DNA of 56,329 nucleotides from a bacterium (GTDB lineage: Bacteria > Bacteroidota > Bacteroidia > Bacteroidales > UBA932), in contig CAVEAQ010000001.1 of the NCBI GenBank assembly GCA_963613775.1, positions 1-56,329 of the forward strand, in the 5' to 3' direction. The notes under the pieces are model-generated. The model made no database searches. It had not been told where the DNA came from and saw only the letters and a list, made by a program, of their open reading frames with translations. The stretch's first letter is position 1. Every line of letters starts with the position of its first letter. The translations under genes were made by a program, and so were the position numbers. Shown here one piece after another: positions 9,346 through 18,456 of this stretch.

Positions 9346-9921
9346 ATGCAGCATTTTGAACTTAAAGGCCAGGTCCGCGAAGTCGGCAACAAGGCCGCCA
9401 TCAAGGCAATCCGCAAGCAGGGGCTCGTACCTTGCAACCTCTACGGATGCGGAATCGACAGCAACATCCTCTTCACCGTTGACGCCAAGGATCTCAAGGG
9501 CATCACCGACACCCCTGCTTCCTACATCATCGATCTCGTACTCGACAACGGCAGCAAATATCAGGCAGTTCTCCATGAGGCACAGTGGCATCCGGTAAGC
9601 GACGCCTGCCTGCATATGGACTTCCTCGCAGTTGACGACAAGAAGCCTATCAGCATCAAGGTTCCTATCGAGATCACCGGACACGCCATCGGCGTTCAGC
9701 AGGGCGGTAAGTTCTTCCAGCCTGCGCGCGAGCTCCGCATCAGCGCCCTTATGGCCAACCTCCCTGACAAGATCACCGTCGACATCACCTCTCTCGGGCT
9801 CGAGAAGAAGATCAAGGCCGGCGACGTCCAGGTCAAGGACGTAGCCATCCTCAGCGACAAGGACACCATCATCTGCGGCGTCAAGACCACCCGCAACGTG
9901 ACCGCGGACGCAGCCGCCTAA
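9346..9921 (+). CDS. rplY: 50S ribosomal protein L25/Ctc
   Basis: VPCNLYG, QWHPVSD..LHMDF, GVQQGG, LPDKITVDIT. Confidence 0.96.
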   Translation: MQHFELKGQVREVGNKAAIKAIRKQGLVPCNLYGCGIDSNILFTVDAKDLKGITDTPASYIIDLVLDNGSKYQAVLHEAQWHPVSDACLHMDFLAVDDKKPISIKVPIEITGHAIGVQQGGKFFQPARELRISALMANLPDKITVDITSLGLEKKIKAGDVQVKDVAILSDKDTIICGVKTTRNVTADAAA

Positions 9922-9936
9922 TCAACATAGCACATC

Positions 9937-10557
9937 GTGTCCGAGAAGACTTACCTCATTGCCGGACTGGGCAATATAGGAGCCGAGTACTCCTCAACGA
10001 GACACAATGTGGGATTTATGATACTGGATGCCTGGGCTCAGGCATCCGGTATTGTTTTTTCCACCGGGCGCTACGGCGATGTGGCCCACTACCGGGACAA
10101 GGGCCGAGAGCTCTGGCTTCTGAAGCCTTCCACCTATATGAACCTCAGCGGCAATGCCGTCCGCTACTGGCAGAACAGGCTGGAAGTGCCCCTGCAGAAC
10201 ATAATGGTCATCTGCGACGACCTCAATCTGCCTTTCGGCACAGTCAGGATGCGCAAATCCGGCAGTGACGGCGGGCACAACGGGCTCAAAAACATCGAAG
10301 AGATGCTCGGCACCCGTGACTTCGCAAGGACAAGGGTCGGAGTCGGTCACGACTTCGCGCAGGGCGCGCAGGTCGGATTCGTGCTCAGCAGCTTCAGTCA
10401 GGAGCAGATGGAGGCTCTTCCCGAGATAGAGAAGAGGGTGACAGGCGGGATGCGCACCTGGGTGCTTGCAGGCCCTGAAAAGGCGATGACAGAGCTCAAC
10501 AGCAAGGCAAATCCGCCTAAAGAGGCGAAAAACGAAGAAAATTCGCCGAAAATTTAG
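9937..10557 (+). CDS. pth: Peptidyl-tRNA hydrolase
   Basis: LIAGLGN, TRHNVGF, KPSTYMNLSG, GGHNGLK. Confidence 0.97.
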   Translation: MSEKTYLIAGLGNIGAEYSSTRHNVGFMILDAWAQASGIVFSTGRYGDVAHYRDKGRELWLLKPSTYMNLSGNAVRYWQNRLEVPLQNIMVICDDLNLPFGTVRMRKSGSDGGHNGLKNIEEMLGTRDFARTRVGVGHDFAQGAQVGFVLSSFSQEQMEALPEIEKRVTGGMRTWVLAGPEKAMTELNSKANPPKEAKNEENSPKI

Positions 10558-10635
10558 GATTTGAATTTTTCTTTTTATATCTTGCACGGAGATGAGTACA
10601 CGAATTAACTGTCAACATTCTAAATAATTTTAAAA

Positions 10636-10812
10636 ATGGAAAATCTCGTACAGAAAATCAAGGAAAACATCGATGTTTTCGTAGCCAATGCAGAGGCTCA
10701 GGTTGTTAAAGGCAATAAGGCAGCAGGTGCCCGCGCACGCAAGGCCGCTCTCGAACTCATGAAGGATCTCAAGGAGTTCCGCAAGGTTTCGGTAGCAGAG
10801 ACGAAGAAATAA
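10636..10812 (+). CDS. Histone H1-like protein (Hc1 family), 58 aa
   Basis: Manual translation MENLVQKIKENIDVFVANAEAQVVKGNKAAGARARKAALELMKDLKEFRKVSVAETKK; KGNKAAG.RARK...KEFRK is the Hc1 signature; A-rich leader. Below the ORF-track cutoff. Confidence 0.9.
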   Translation: MENLVQKIKENIDVFVANAEAQVVKGNKAAGARARKAALELMKDLKEFRKVSVAETKK

Positions 10813-10892
10813 TCAATTTATTTGATTTTTTATGCAACGATACTGAACCGGCCTGCATCTTTGCTATAGGTTTAGGTTTTAGTACACGTTTT

Positions 10893-10931
10893 AAGGGTTG
10901 GTGGCCGTGAGGTTGCCGGCCCTTTGCTTTT
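10893..10931 (+). terminator. GU-rich hairpin with GTGA tetraloop and U tail
   Basis: AAGGGTTGGTGGCC-GTGA-GGTTGCCGGCCCTT followed by TGCTTTT. Confidence 0.7.
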
Positions 10932-10974
10932 GTCATAAATTATCACTATCTATGCGCTTGGAAACGCGTACTAG

Positions 10975-12651
10975 ATGAACCTCTGCGCCGCTATACTTCT
11001 CACCGTATTCAGGATGGTGGTGATTCCTGTCCAATTCGAGGACAGGGAGTTCAGCTGCAGTGCAGACGAGCTCCGCAGCACTGTCAGTCTCTCCGAGCAG
11101 TATTTCAGACAGCAGTTCAGGGGAAGCAGGGATTTCAGTTTTGACCTCTCCCCCACCGTAACCCTGCCCAAGTCTGTCGCATACTACGGGGCCAACTACT
11201 CCGACCGCAGGGATGTTCTGCTGCACGAAGCTGTACGGGAAGCCTGCTCACGCTCTGCGGGCAGCATTGATTTCTCCCTCTACGACAATGATTCCGACGG
11301 CTTAGTGGACAATGTATGCCTTATCACTGCAGGCCTTTCCGAAGCGGACGGAGCCGATGAGAACTGGATATGGCCGCAGCACGGCTACCTCAAGGACCAC
11401 GGCGGCACGGCTAGCATCGGCGGCGTGCAGATCAACAGTTTCACTGTCTGCACAGAGCAGATTTCAGATGCAGGCGAATCTCCGCGCAAGGCGGGCATCG
11501 GCATATTCTGCCACGAATTCGCGCACGTGCTGGGCCTCTACGACCTCTACGACACCGACGGCGAGGGCAGCGGAGGACTGTCCAGCGGACTTTGTGGACT
11601 ATCCCTGATGGACACAGGATGCAGGCTGGGGGACGGAGCGGACCCGCCGGGATTCAACGCCATCGATATGGAGCTGCTCGGGCTCGGAGAGTGCGGCACT
11701 CTCTCCAAGGGCAGCTATACTCTAGAACCCATCGGGAGCAGCGGGCGCTACCTCAAGGCCGCGACCGATGTCGATGGCGAATACTATCTCTTCGAGTGCA
11801 GGAGCGGGCAGGGGCTCGCAATCTACCATATCGACCGGTCCGGAAGTCCGGCGGGCTGGTCAGACTACTACAAGCTGGAACTCACCGCCGCCGAGCGCTG
11901 GGAGCGCTCCCAGGTCAACTGCAGGCCCGACAGGGAGTGTGCCCGTCCGGTAGCTGCTGACCCTGATACGGACGGCGTCTCAGCCCTCTTCTTCCCGGGC
12001 AACGGGCACGACAGCTTCGGCTCCGACACCACCCCGGCCTTCCGCTACTGGAGCGGCGGCAGCCCGTCCCTCGCTCTGACGGACATCAGCCTGAACGCCG
12101 ACGGCAGCGTATCGTTCAAGGTGATAGAGCCTCTGGTCCTGCAAGAGACGGCCGTCTTCCAGGATGCAGCGATACTCAGCTGGAAAGCGGATGCCTCCCT
12201 GAGCGGGATCAGCGGCTACGAGATTGAATGGTCAGACGGCGGCAGGGAATACGGAGCAGTGGCGGGAGGCAGCGCAAGCAGTTTCACCTTGACAGGGCTG
12301 AAGCCGCAGAGCGCCTACAGCTTCACGCTCAGGCTGAAGCTCGAAGACGGCTGCGCCTACTCCGTCAGCGGAAGTTTCACCACCAAAGTCTACCTTCAGA
12401 ACAGCTACCCTTATATATACCTCAAAGGCAGCGACAGGGATGCCGACGGCAGATTCTGCGCAGGAGCTAAAATCGCGCTCAAGGTATTCAACGCCCCGGA
12501 TGCCGCTGAAGTGAAGTGGTACTTCAACGGGGCTGAAATCTCAGTCGGAGAAGACGGTTACTGGAGAGTCTGCGCAGCAGGTACGCTCAGGGCGGAAGTG
12601 CTTATGAGCGACGGCAGCAGGGAGATACTGATCAAGCAAATAGAGCTATGA
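10975..12651 (+). CDS. M6-family (immune inhibitor A-like) metalloprotease with FN3-like domain
   Basis: DFSLYDND.DG.VD, IWPQH, GIFCHEFAHVLGLYDLYD, SLMDTG; FN3 motif LTGLKPQSAYSF. Confidence 0.88.
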   Translation: MNLCAAILLTVFRMVVIPVQFEDREFSCSADELRSTVSLSEQYFRQQFRGSRDFSFDLSPTVTLPKSVAYYGANYSDRRDVLLHEAVREACSRSAGSIDFSLYDNDSDGLVDNVCLITAGLSEADGADENWIWPQHGYLKDHGGTASIGGVQINSFTVCTEQISDAGESPRKAGIGIFCHEFAHVLGLYDLYDTDGEGSGGLSSGLCGLSLMDTGCRLGDGADPPGFNAIDMELLGLGECGTLSKGSYTLEPIGSSGRYLKAATDVDGEYYLFECRSGQGLAIYHIDRSGSPAGWSDYYKLELTAAERWERSQVNCRPDRECARPVAADPDTDGVSALFFPGNGHDSFGSDTTPAFRYWSGGSPSLALTDISLNADGSVSFKVIEPLVLQETAVFQDAAILSWKADASLSGISGYEIEWSDGGREYGAVAGGSASSFTLTGLKPQSAYSFTLRLKLEDGCAYSVSGSFTTKVYLQNSYPYIYLKGSDRDADGRFCAGAKIALKVFNAPDAAEVKWYFNGAEISVGEDGYWRVCAAGTLRAEVLMSDGSREILIKQIEL

Positions 12652-13058
12652 AGACAGGGAGGAAGATAACCATTGTGCTTGCGGCCCTCGCACTGCTGAC
12701 CGGCTGCGACAGGGCAAGGGAGCGCAACGCCTTCGTCGAGAGCGGAGAGATCCGCCTGCAGGTCGGAAACGCCGTGCAGTTCAGGTATGACCCGCTCAAG
12801 TGCCAGATGACATTCAACAGGGAGCGCAAGGAGTTCCGTGCGCAGACCGACAATGTCTCGGACTATTACGTGGCCAAGCTGTCCGAAATCCCGACCTTCG
12901 AGGGCCAGACGCTCAGTGCCGACCTCAGCTGGACCACCACGACAGATGTGCTCAAACGAAAAAATCTCGCCCTCGAGGTCGTTAAGATCGAGGGCGAGAA
13001 GATCTGGCTATGGAGCGACTCCGGCCGTATCGGCTTGAGTGTCCTAGTCTTAGAATGA
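12648..13058 (+). CDS. Hypothetical lipoprotein
   Basis: Lipobox LLTGC; ATGA overlap with the M6 protease gene. Confidence 0.75.
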   Translation: MKTGRKITIVLAALALLTGCDRARERNAFVESGEIRLQVGNAVQFRYDPLKCQMTFNRERKEFRAQTDNVSDYYVAKLSEIPTFEGQTLSADLSWTTTTDVLKRKNLALEVVKIEGEKIWLWSDSGRIGLSVLVLE

Positions 13059-13805
13059 CATCGCGATCTGGATGAAGTCGTCAGCCTTGAGGGCTGCACC
13101 TCCGATGAGACCGCCGTCGATATCCTTCTGGGCGAAGAGCTCCTTCGCGTTGGACGGCTTGCAGGAACCGCCGTAGAGGATGGTCACATCCTCAGCGACA
13201 GCCTCGCCGAACTTCTCGGCAAGAGTCTTGCGGATGTAGGCGTGGATCTCCTCAGCCTGCTCAGCGGTAGCGGTCTTGCCGGTACCGATGGCCCATACAG
13301 GCTCATAAGCCACGATTACACTCTTCATATCCTCGGCAGAGAACTGATAGAGGACGTTCTTGATCTGCTCTCCGCAGACATCGAAATGCCTGCCGGCCTC
13401 CCTCTCCTCGAGGTTCTCACCTACGCAGAGGATGACTCCGAGACCTGCCTCTAGAGCGAGCTTGACCTTCTCCACGAGCTTGGCATCGGTCTCACCGTAG
13501 TACTGACGGCGCTCTGAGTGTCCGAGAATGACCCACTTGCAGCCTACCGCCTTGATCATATCTGCAGACACCTCTCCGGTGTATGCTCCCTTGACGTGAT
13601 CGGCGCAGTTCTGGGCGGAGAGTTCAACCCTTGAGCCGGCAAGGTTCTTGCCTACGGCGCAGAGATGCGTGAATGGCGGAGCCACGATAAGACCAACATT
13701 CTCAGGCACCTGCGCTGACTTCTCAGCCACGGCCTTGGCAAGTTCAACTCCTTCAGGCTTGATGGTGTTCATCTTCCAGTTGCCTGCAACAATTTTCTTT
13801 CTCAT
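13050..13805 (-). CDS. tpiA: Triosephosphate isomerase
   Basis: AGNWKMN, GHSERR, AYEPVWAIGTG, LYGGS, DGGLIGGA. Confidence 0.98.
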   Translation of the reverse strand: MRKKIVAGNWKMNTIKPEGVELAKAVAEKSAQVPENVGLIVAPPFTHLCAVGKNLAGSRVELSAQNCADHVKGAYTGEVSADMIKAVGCKWVILGHSERRQYYGETDAKLVEKVKLALEAGLGVILCVGENLEEREAGRHFDVCGEQIKNVLYQFSAEDMKSVIVAYEPVWAIGTGKTATAEQAEEIHAYIRKTLAEKFGEAVAEDVTILYGGSCKPSNAKELFAQKDIDGGLIGGAALKADDFIQIAMSF

Positions 13806-13866
13806 AATATTACTGTGTATTTACTAACTTTCGCACCGCGAATTTCGCAAATTTTATCGAGAAATA

Positions 13867-15711
13867 CTACTCCACCGTCACCGATTTGGCAAGGTTGCGC
13901 GGCTGGTCCACATCGCGTCCCTTGGCAATGGCGATATGGTAGGCAAGCAGCTGGAGCGGCACCACCGAGAGGATAGGCACGAAGCACTCCTCAGTGTCCG
14001 GAATCTCGAAGCAGTAGTCGGAGATGTTGCGCACGTCGGTATCGCCTTCGGTGACGATGCTGATGATCTTGCCCTTGCGGGCCTTGATCTCCTGTATATT
14101 GCTGAGTATCTTGTCGTAGCGCCCACGCCTCGGAGCGATGACCACCACCGGCATCTCCTCGTCGATGAGGGCGATCGGACCGTGCTTCATCTCGGCTGCG
14201 GGATAACCTTCAGCGTGGATATAGGAGATTTCCTTGAGTTTGAGCGCTCCCTCGAGAGCCACCGGATAGTTGTAGCCGCGTCCCAGGTAGAGGAAGTTGT
14301 GCACATATGTGAATATCTTGGCGAGGTCGGCTATCTGCTGATCGTGCTCGAGTATCTTGGAAATCTTGTCAGGGATGGTCTGGAGCTCGCTGACAAGCTC
14401 TATACGCCTTTCGTCGGAGACGGTGCCGAGCTGCTCGGCGATGCTCAGGGCAATCAGGAAGAGGGTCGTAACCTGGGCGGTGAACGCCTTGGTGGAGGCA
14501 ACGCCGATCTCGGGGCCGATGTGGGTATAGCAGCCGGTGTCGGTGGCGCGGGCGATGGAAGAGCCCACCACATTGCAGATGCCGAAAAGGAAGGCGCCCG
14601 ACTCGCGGGCGAGCTGGATGGCCGCCAGGGTATCAGCTGTCTCGCCGGACTGGGAGATGGCTATCACCACATCGTCGGGGTTGATCACCGGTTTGCGGTA
14701 TCTGAACTCCGAGGCATACTCGACCTCGACAGGGATGCGGGTCAGCTCCTCGATTATGTATTTGCCTATCAGGCCGGCGTGCCAGGACGTACCGCAGGCG
14801 CAGATAACGAACCTCTTGGCGCCCAGCAGCTTGTCTCTGTGGTCAATGATGCCGGAGAGTTTGACGGTGCCGAGCTCCGGGTGCAGGCGGCCCTTCATCG
14901 AGGCGCGCAGGGTGCGCGGCTGCTCGAAGATCTCCTTGAGCATGAAGTGCGGGAAGCCGCCCTTCTCTATCTCGCTAAGGCTCATCTCGAGCTGGCGGAT
15001 CACGGGAGTCTGCTCCACCTTGCGAAGATCGGTGATCTTAAGATCCTGACCGCGCTGTATGTAGGCTATCTGCTCCTCACCGAGATAGACCACCTTGTTG
15101 GTGTATTCGATGATAGGCGATGCGTCCGAACCGACGAAATATTCGTTCTCCCCCACTCCGATGACGAGCGGGCTGCCCTTGCGGGCGGCTATCATCCTGT
15201 CCGGCTCAGCCTTGTTGATGATCACAAGCGCATAGGCTCCGACCACGTTGCGCAGGGCGAGCGGCACCGCCTCTTCGAGACTGATGCCGTGAGAGTCCAT
15301 AATGTACTGGATCAGCTGCACGACGACCTCCGTGTCGGTCTGGCTCACGAAGTGGTAGCCCAGACGGGTAAGCTCGGTCTTCAGGGACTGGTAGTTCTCG
15401 ATGATACCGTTGTGAATCAGGGCCAGGCTATGGTTCTCCGAGAAGTGAGGGTGGGCATTGCAGTCGCTCGGCTCGCCGTGGGTGGCCCAGCGGGTGTGGG
15501 CGATGCCTACAGTGCCGCTGACATCTTTGTCCCGGGTCAGGGTCTCCAGGTCCTTGACCTTGCCTTTGGTCTTGTATATCACAAGATCGGAGTTATCGTT
15601 GATGAGAGCCACGCCGGCACTGTCGTAGCCCCTGTATTCGAGTCGCGTAAGACCCTTGATCAATATCGGATAGGCCTGCCGGCCTCCTACGTATCCCACT
15701 ATTCCGCACAT
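13867..15711 (-). CDS. glmS: Glutamine-fructose-6-phosphate aminotransferase
   Basis: MCGIVG, EYRGYDSAG, HTRWATHG, SQSGETADT, PRNLAKSVTVE. Confidence 0.98.
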   Translation of the reverse strand: MCGIVGYVGGRQAYPILIKGLTRLEYRGYDSAGVALINDNSDLVIYKTKGKVKDLETLTRDKDVSGTVGIAHTRWATHGEPSDCNAHPHFSENHSLALIHNGIIENYQSLKTELTRLGYHFVSQTDTEVVVQLIQYIMDSHGISLEEAVPLALRNVVGAYALVIINKAEPDRMIAARKGSPLVIGVGENEYFVGSDASPIIEYTNKVVYLGEEQIAYIQRGQDLKITDLRKVEQTPVIRQLEMSLSEIEKGGFPHFMLKEIFEQPRTLRASMKGRLHPELGTVKLSGIIDHRDKLLGAKRFVICACGTSWHAGLIGKYIIEELTRIPVEVEYASEFRYRKPVINPDDVVIAISQSGETADTLAAIQLARESGAFLFGICNVVGSSIARATDTGCYTHIGPEIGVASTKAFTAQVTTLFLIALSIAEQLGTVSDERRIELVSELQTIPDKISKILEHDQQIADLAKIFTYVHNFLYLGRGYNYPVALEGALKLKEISYIHAEGYPAAEMKHGPIALIDEEMPVVVIAPRRGRYDKILSNIQEIKARKGKIISIVTEGDTDVRNISDYCFEIPDTEECFVPILSVVPLQLLAYHIAIAKGRDVDQPRNLAKSVTVE

Positions 15712-15726
15712 ATTCTACGTGTATTT

Positions 15727-16110
15727 TTAAAAATCCATATTGTCCATCAGTTCATCCAGCTGCCTGCGGTCCTTCTTGGTCGGACGGCCGCTGCCCCTGT
15801 CGCGCTGAAGCACGACGGTCTCGCGCGGGGCGTGGAGTTTCTCAAGCTCCGACTCCGGAGTCAGGTTGTCAGCGTACTGCCCCACAAGAGCCGCTCCCAT
15901 ACGGGATTCCGTGAGCTGCAGCACCCTGTAGCTGAAGAGGGCCGAGCCCCTGCGCACATCGATGGAATCCCCTGCCTTGACTGCCTTGGAAGGCTTGGCA
16001 GGCACGCCATTCAGCCTCACCTTGTTGCCATTGCAGGCATCGGCAGCCTCGCTGCGGGTCTTGAAGACTCTGATGGCCCAGAGATATTTGTCCAGTCTGA
16101 CGCTGTCCAT
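15727..16110 (-). CDS. hslR: S4-domain ribosome-associated heat shock protein Hsp15
   Basis: RLDKYLWAIRVFKTRS, GRPTKKDRR. Confidence 0.93.
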   Translation of the reverse strand: MDSVRLDKYLWAIRVFKTRSEAADACNGNKVRLNGVPAKPSKAVKAGDSIDVRRGSALFSYRVLQLTESRMGAALVGQYADNLTPESELEKLHAPRETVVLQRDRGSGRPTKKDRRQLDELMDNMDF

Positions 16111-16112
16111 CC

Positions 16113-16685
16113 TTACCCGAGATAGAGGGAATGTCTCACCTCCTCAGCCACGGCTTCACCGCGCAGCGCCTCCAATATCGCAAGGCCGAAACTGAACGCG
16201 TGTCCGGCAGAGCGGCCGGTGATGATCCTTCCGCAGACTGCCGCAGGCTCCGGGCGGAACTTGGCCCCGCGTGCCTTGAGACAGTCCTCGAAGCCGTCGA
16301 AACAGGTGAATTCCACCCCGTCGAGTCCGTCCAGCTGACTGAGCACCAGCCCCGGAGCGGCGCAGATGGCGGCCACGGTGCCTCCTGCAGCATAGTGCGA
16401 CTTCATCAGCGAGATGAGCTCCCCGCACTGTGCGAGACTCTTCGAGCCCGGCATTCCGCCGGGGAATATCATCACATCCGCAGCGCAGGTGCCCGCATCG
16501 GAACGGTCTATATCCGAGAGATATGCATCAGGCACAACACTCACCCCGTGCGAGGAGCGCACTGTCGGGGCATCCGATATGGCAGTCAGTTCCACCCCGA
16601 CTCCGCCTCTGCGGAGCACATCGCAGACACCGAGTGCTTCCACATCCTCGAATCCGTCCGCAAGAAAAATTCTGATTCCCTTCAT
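16113..16685 (-). CDS. DJ-1/YajL/ThiJ family protein
   Basis: GFEDVEA, PGGMPGS, AAICAAP nucleophile elbow. Confidence 0.92.
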   Translation of the reverse strand: MKGIRIFLADGFEDVEALGVCDVLRRGGVGVELTAISDAPTVRSSHGVSVVPDAYLSDIDRSDAGTCAADVMIFPGGMPGSKSLAQCGELISLMKSHYAAGGTVAAICAAPGLVLSQLDGLDGVEFTCFDGFEDCLKARGAKFRPEPAAVCGRIITGRSAGHAFSFGLAILEALRGEAVAEEVRHSLYLG

Positions 16686-16689
16686 AGTT

Positions 16690-17691
16690 TTAAATTATCT
16701 TGCCATCCTCATCCGGAAGCGTAGCCTCCACATTCGGATTGATATACTTGTCCTGCTCCACCCTGTTGACGGTGGCGCTGAGCAGCACCGTGCCTCTGTC
16801 CGCCGGCACGAGGGCGTAGTCCTCACACTCCGCCGGCACGAGGATAAGCTCCCCTTTTGCGAGCGGGTAGTTTTCTATACCGTCGTAAGATATCGTCTGC
16901 ACCGCAGCTGCGCCTTCAAGGCAGTAGAACAGAGTGAATGCGCTCTCGTCACCTGTCCTGACGCGCATCGGGTCGGAAAGGCGGATCCGCTCCACGGTGA
17001 GTTGCGGGATGTCGGCCAGCTTGTCCCCCTCCGGGCTCGAGGCCCTGAATCTGGCGTAACTGATGAAATCCATCGCGTCGCTCGCGCTGAGCGCCGGGTC
17101 GAACTGGTCTTCACTGACCTCCTCACCCCATCCGCAGAGACAGAAGTCCAGCGGGGACGACTCCCCTATCTCCAGAAGTTCGATGTCTCCGAAAGCGGCG
17201 TGCGGCGTGCCTGAAGGTATCAGCAGGCATTGCCCGGCATAGGGGGCGATGATGTTGAGCAGGTTCTCCGCAGTGCCGTCCGCACAGCTTCCGTAGAACT
17301 CGGAAGCATCGCTGTCGCGGCGGAAGCCCAGTGCGATGCGGGCATCCTTGCCGGCACGAAGCACATACCAGAGCTTCTCCTTGCCTAGCAGATCGTACCT
17401 CTGCCCTGCCGTCTCATCGTCTGGATGCACCTGGAGGGGCATCTTCCCCCTGACGTTCAGCTTCCTGATGCAGAGCGGAAACTGCCTGCCGAAGAAGTCA
17501 TAGGCACGCTCACCGGGGATCCGGTCGAAGTATGTGTCCATCAGCTCGCCTATGCTGTTGCCGGCGAGCCAGCCTTCCCTCACGAGCGAGTCGCGGTAGC
17601 CGAGGTCCGCGAGCCTGAACTCCTCAGTCCCCCAGCTGTATTCGTCCTGCAGACCGCAGAACTTCATCGGATATAACTTCTTTTCTTCCAT
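16690..17691 (-). CDS. Class I mannose-6-phosphate isomerase-like cupin (degenerate active site)
   Basis: FPLC..., LQVHPDD, GKEKLWYV, GTPHA; several canonical residues replaced. Confidence 0.8.
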   Translation of the reverse strand: MEEKKLYPMKFCGLQDEYSWGTEEFRLADLGYRDSLVREGWLAGNSIGELMDTYFDRIPGERAYDFFGRQFPLCIRKLNVRGKMPLQVHPDDETAGQRYDLLGKEKLWYVLRAGKDARIALGFRRDSDASEFYGSCADGTAENLLNIIAPYAGQCLLIPSGTPHAAFGDIELLEIGESSPLDFCLCGWGEEVSEDQFDPALSASDAMDFISYARFRASSPEGDKLADIPQLTVERIRLSDPMRVRTGDESAFTLFYCLEGAAAVQTISYDGIENYPLAKGELILVPAECEDYALVPADRGTVLLSATVNRVEQDKYINPNVEATLPDEDGKII

Positions 17692-17705
17692 TTTCGGACA
17701 AAGCG

Positions 17706-17713
17706 CAAAGATA
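17706..17713 (-). promoter_or_regulatory. -7 box (TATCTTTG) for the PMI-like to glmS operon
   Basis: Exact TAnnTTTG on the minus strand, 14 nt before the ATG. Confidence 0.7.
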
Positions 17714-17745
17714 ATATTTTTTTCCTTGTCCGAAGCAAAGGGGCG

Positions 17746-18378
17746 CTACAACATATAAGTGATTGTCAGGGCTATGTTCATAGGGGTGTAGCGGGTGCCG
17801 CCGTCACTCTCGCCCTTGACGGTGTACGGAATGCTGCCGTTGTTGATGTAGGAGAGACTGACTGAAACATCCCGGAAGCCGAATCCCAGTCCCAGCATAT
17901 ATCCGGGTCTCAGATAACCCCGGAACTCCGTGGTCTGGGTGCCGCCGACTTTGTATTCGTATTTCCAGTTGCCGGGACGGTTATATCCGTACAGTCCGCG
18001 GATGTCGAAATAGACATAAGTCCCGAACCCCTCCAGCTCATGGACGAGTTTCGCGCCGGCATTGAGACCGATCGAATTGTAGCCTCCTCCGCTGACGGAG
18101 TTGAGCCCCATCTGTTCGACAATCTCGTTCTTGACGCTTTTCCTGGTGATATTGGACATCATATCGCAGCCGACCACAGGCTTGATGAAACTCCCGGTAG
18201 TGAATGTATATTCGAGGCCGAGGCCCATGCCGAAACCGGCACCGTAGCCGGAACGGGCCACGTCTTTATTGCCATAATCCCCCATAGGGGCCGCGAAGAC
18301 TACAGAAACGCCGAACTGCGCCCAGGAAGTTGCAGCTGCAGCAAGAAGCACGATAAGAGTAAGCAGAGATTTTTTCAT
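17746..18378 (-). CDS. Putative small outer-membrane beta-barrel protein
   Basis: Signal peptide MKKSLLTL...SWAQ (start moved to 18378); alternating Gly/aromatic strands. Confidence 0.7.
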   Translation of the reverse strand: MKKSLLTLIVLLAAAATSWAQFGVSVVFAAPMGDYGNKDVARSGYGAGFGMGLGLEYTFTTGSFIKPVVGCDMMSNITRKSVKNEIVEQMGLNSVSGGGYNSIGLNAGAKLVHELEGFGTYVYFDIRGLYGYNRPGNWKYEYKVGGTQTTEFRGYLRPGYMLGLGFGFRDVSVSLSYINNGSIPYTVKGESDGGTRYTPMNIALTITYML

Positions 18379-18433
18379 ACGCGTGGTTATTCTTTTGGAC
18401 TTCCGCAATATAGTGAAAATAATTCAAAATTGC

Positions 18434-18441
18434 TATCTTTG
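18434..18441 (+). promoter_or_regulatory. -7 box (TATCTTTG)
   Basis: Exact TAnnTTTG 15 nt before the ATG at 18457. Confidence 0.65.
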
Positions 18442-18456
18442 AACAAAAATGACGCT

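Noticed and set aside
10582..10597. GCACGGAGAT upstream of the Hc1-like gene, shared with the lon upstream motif
   Set aside because: It lacks the invariant -24 GG and the -12 TTG, so it is not a credible sigma54 site; probably chance.
15712..15726. glmS ribozyme
   Set aside because: Only 15 nt separate hslR and glmS; there is no room and no motif.
13936..16125. 729-aa plus-strand ORF antisense to glmS/hslR, and similar long antisense ORFs over the patatin gene, lon, rluD, GH95 and the barrel genes
   Set aside because: Shadow frames expected from strong codon bias in high-GC DNA; no recognisable motifs, and the opposite strand carries conserved genes.
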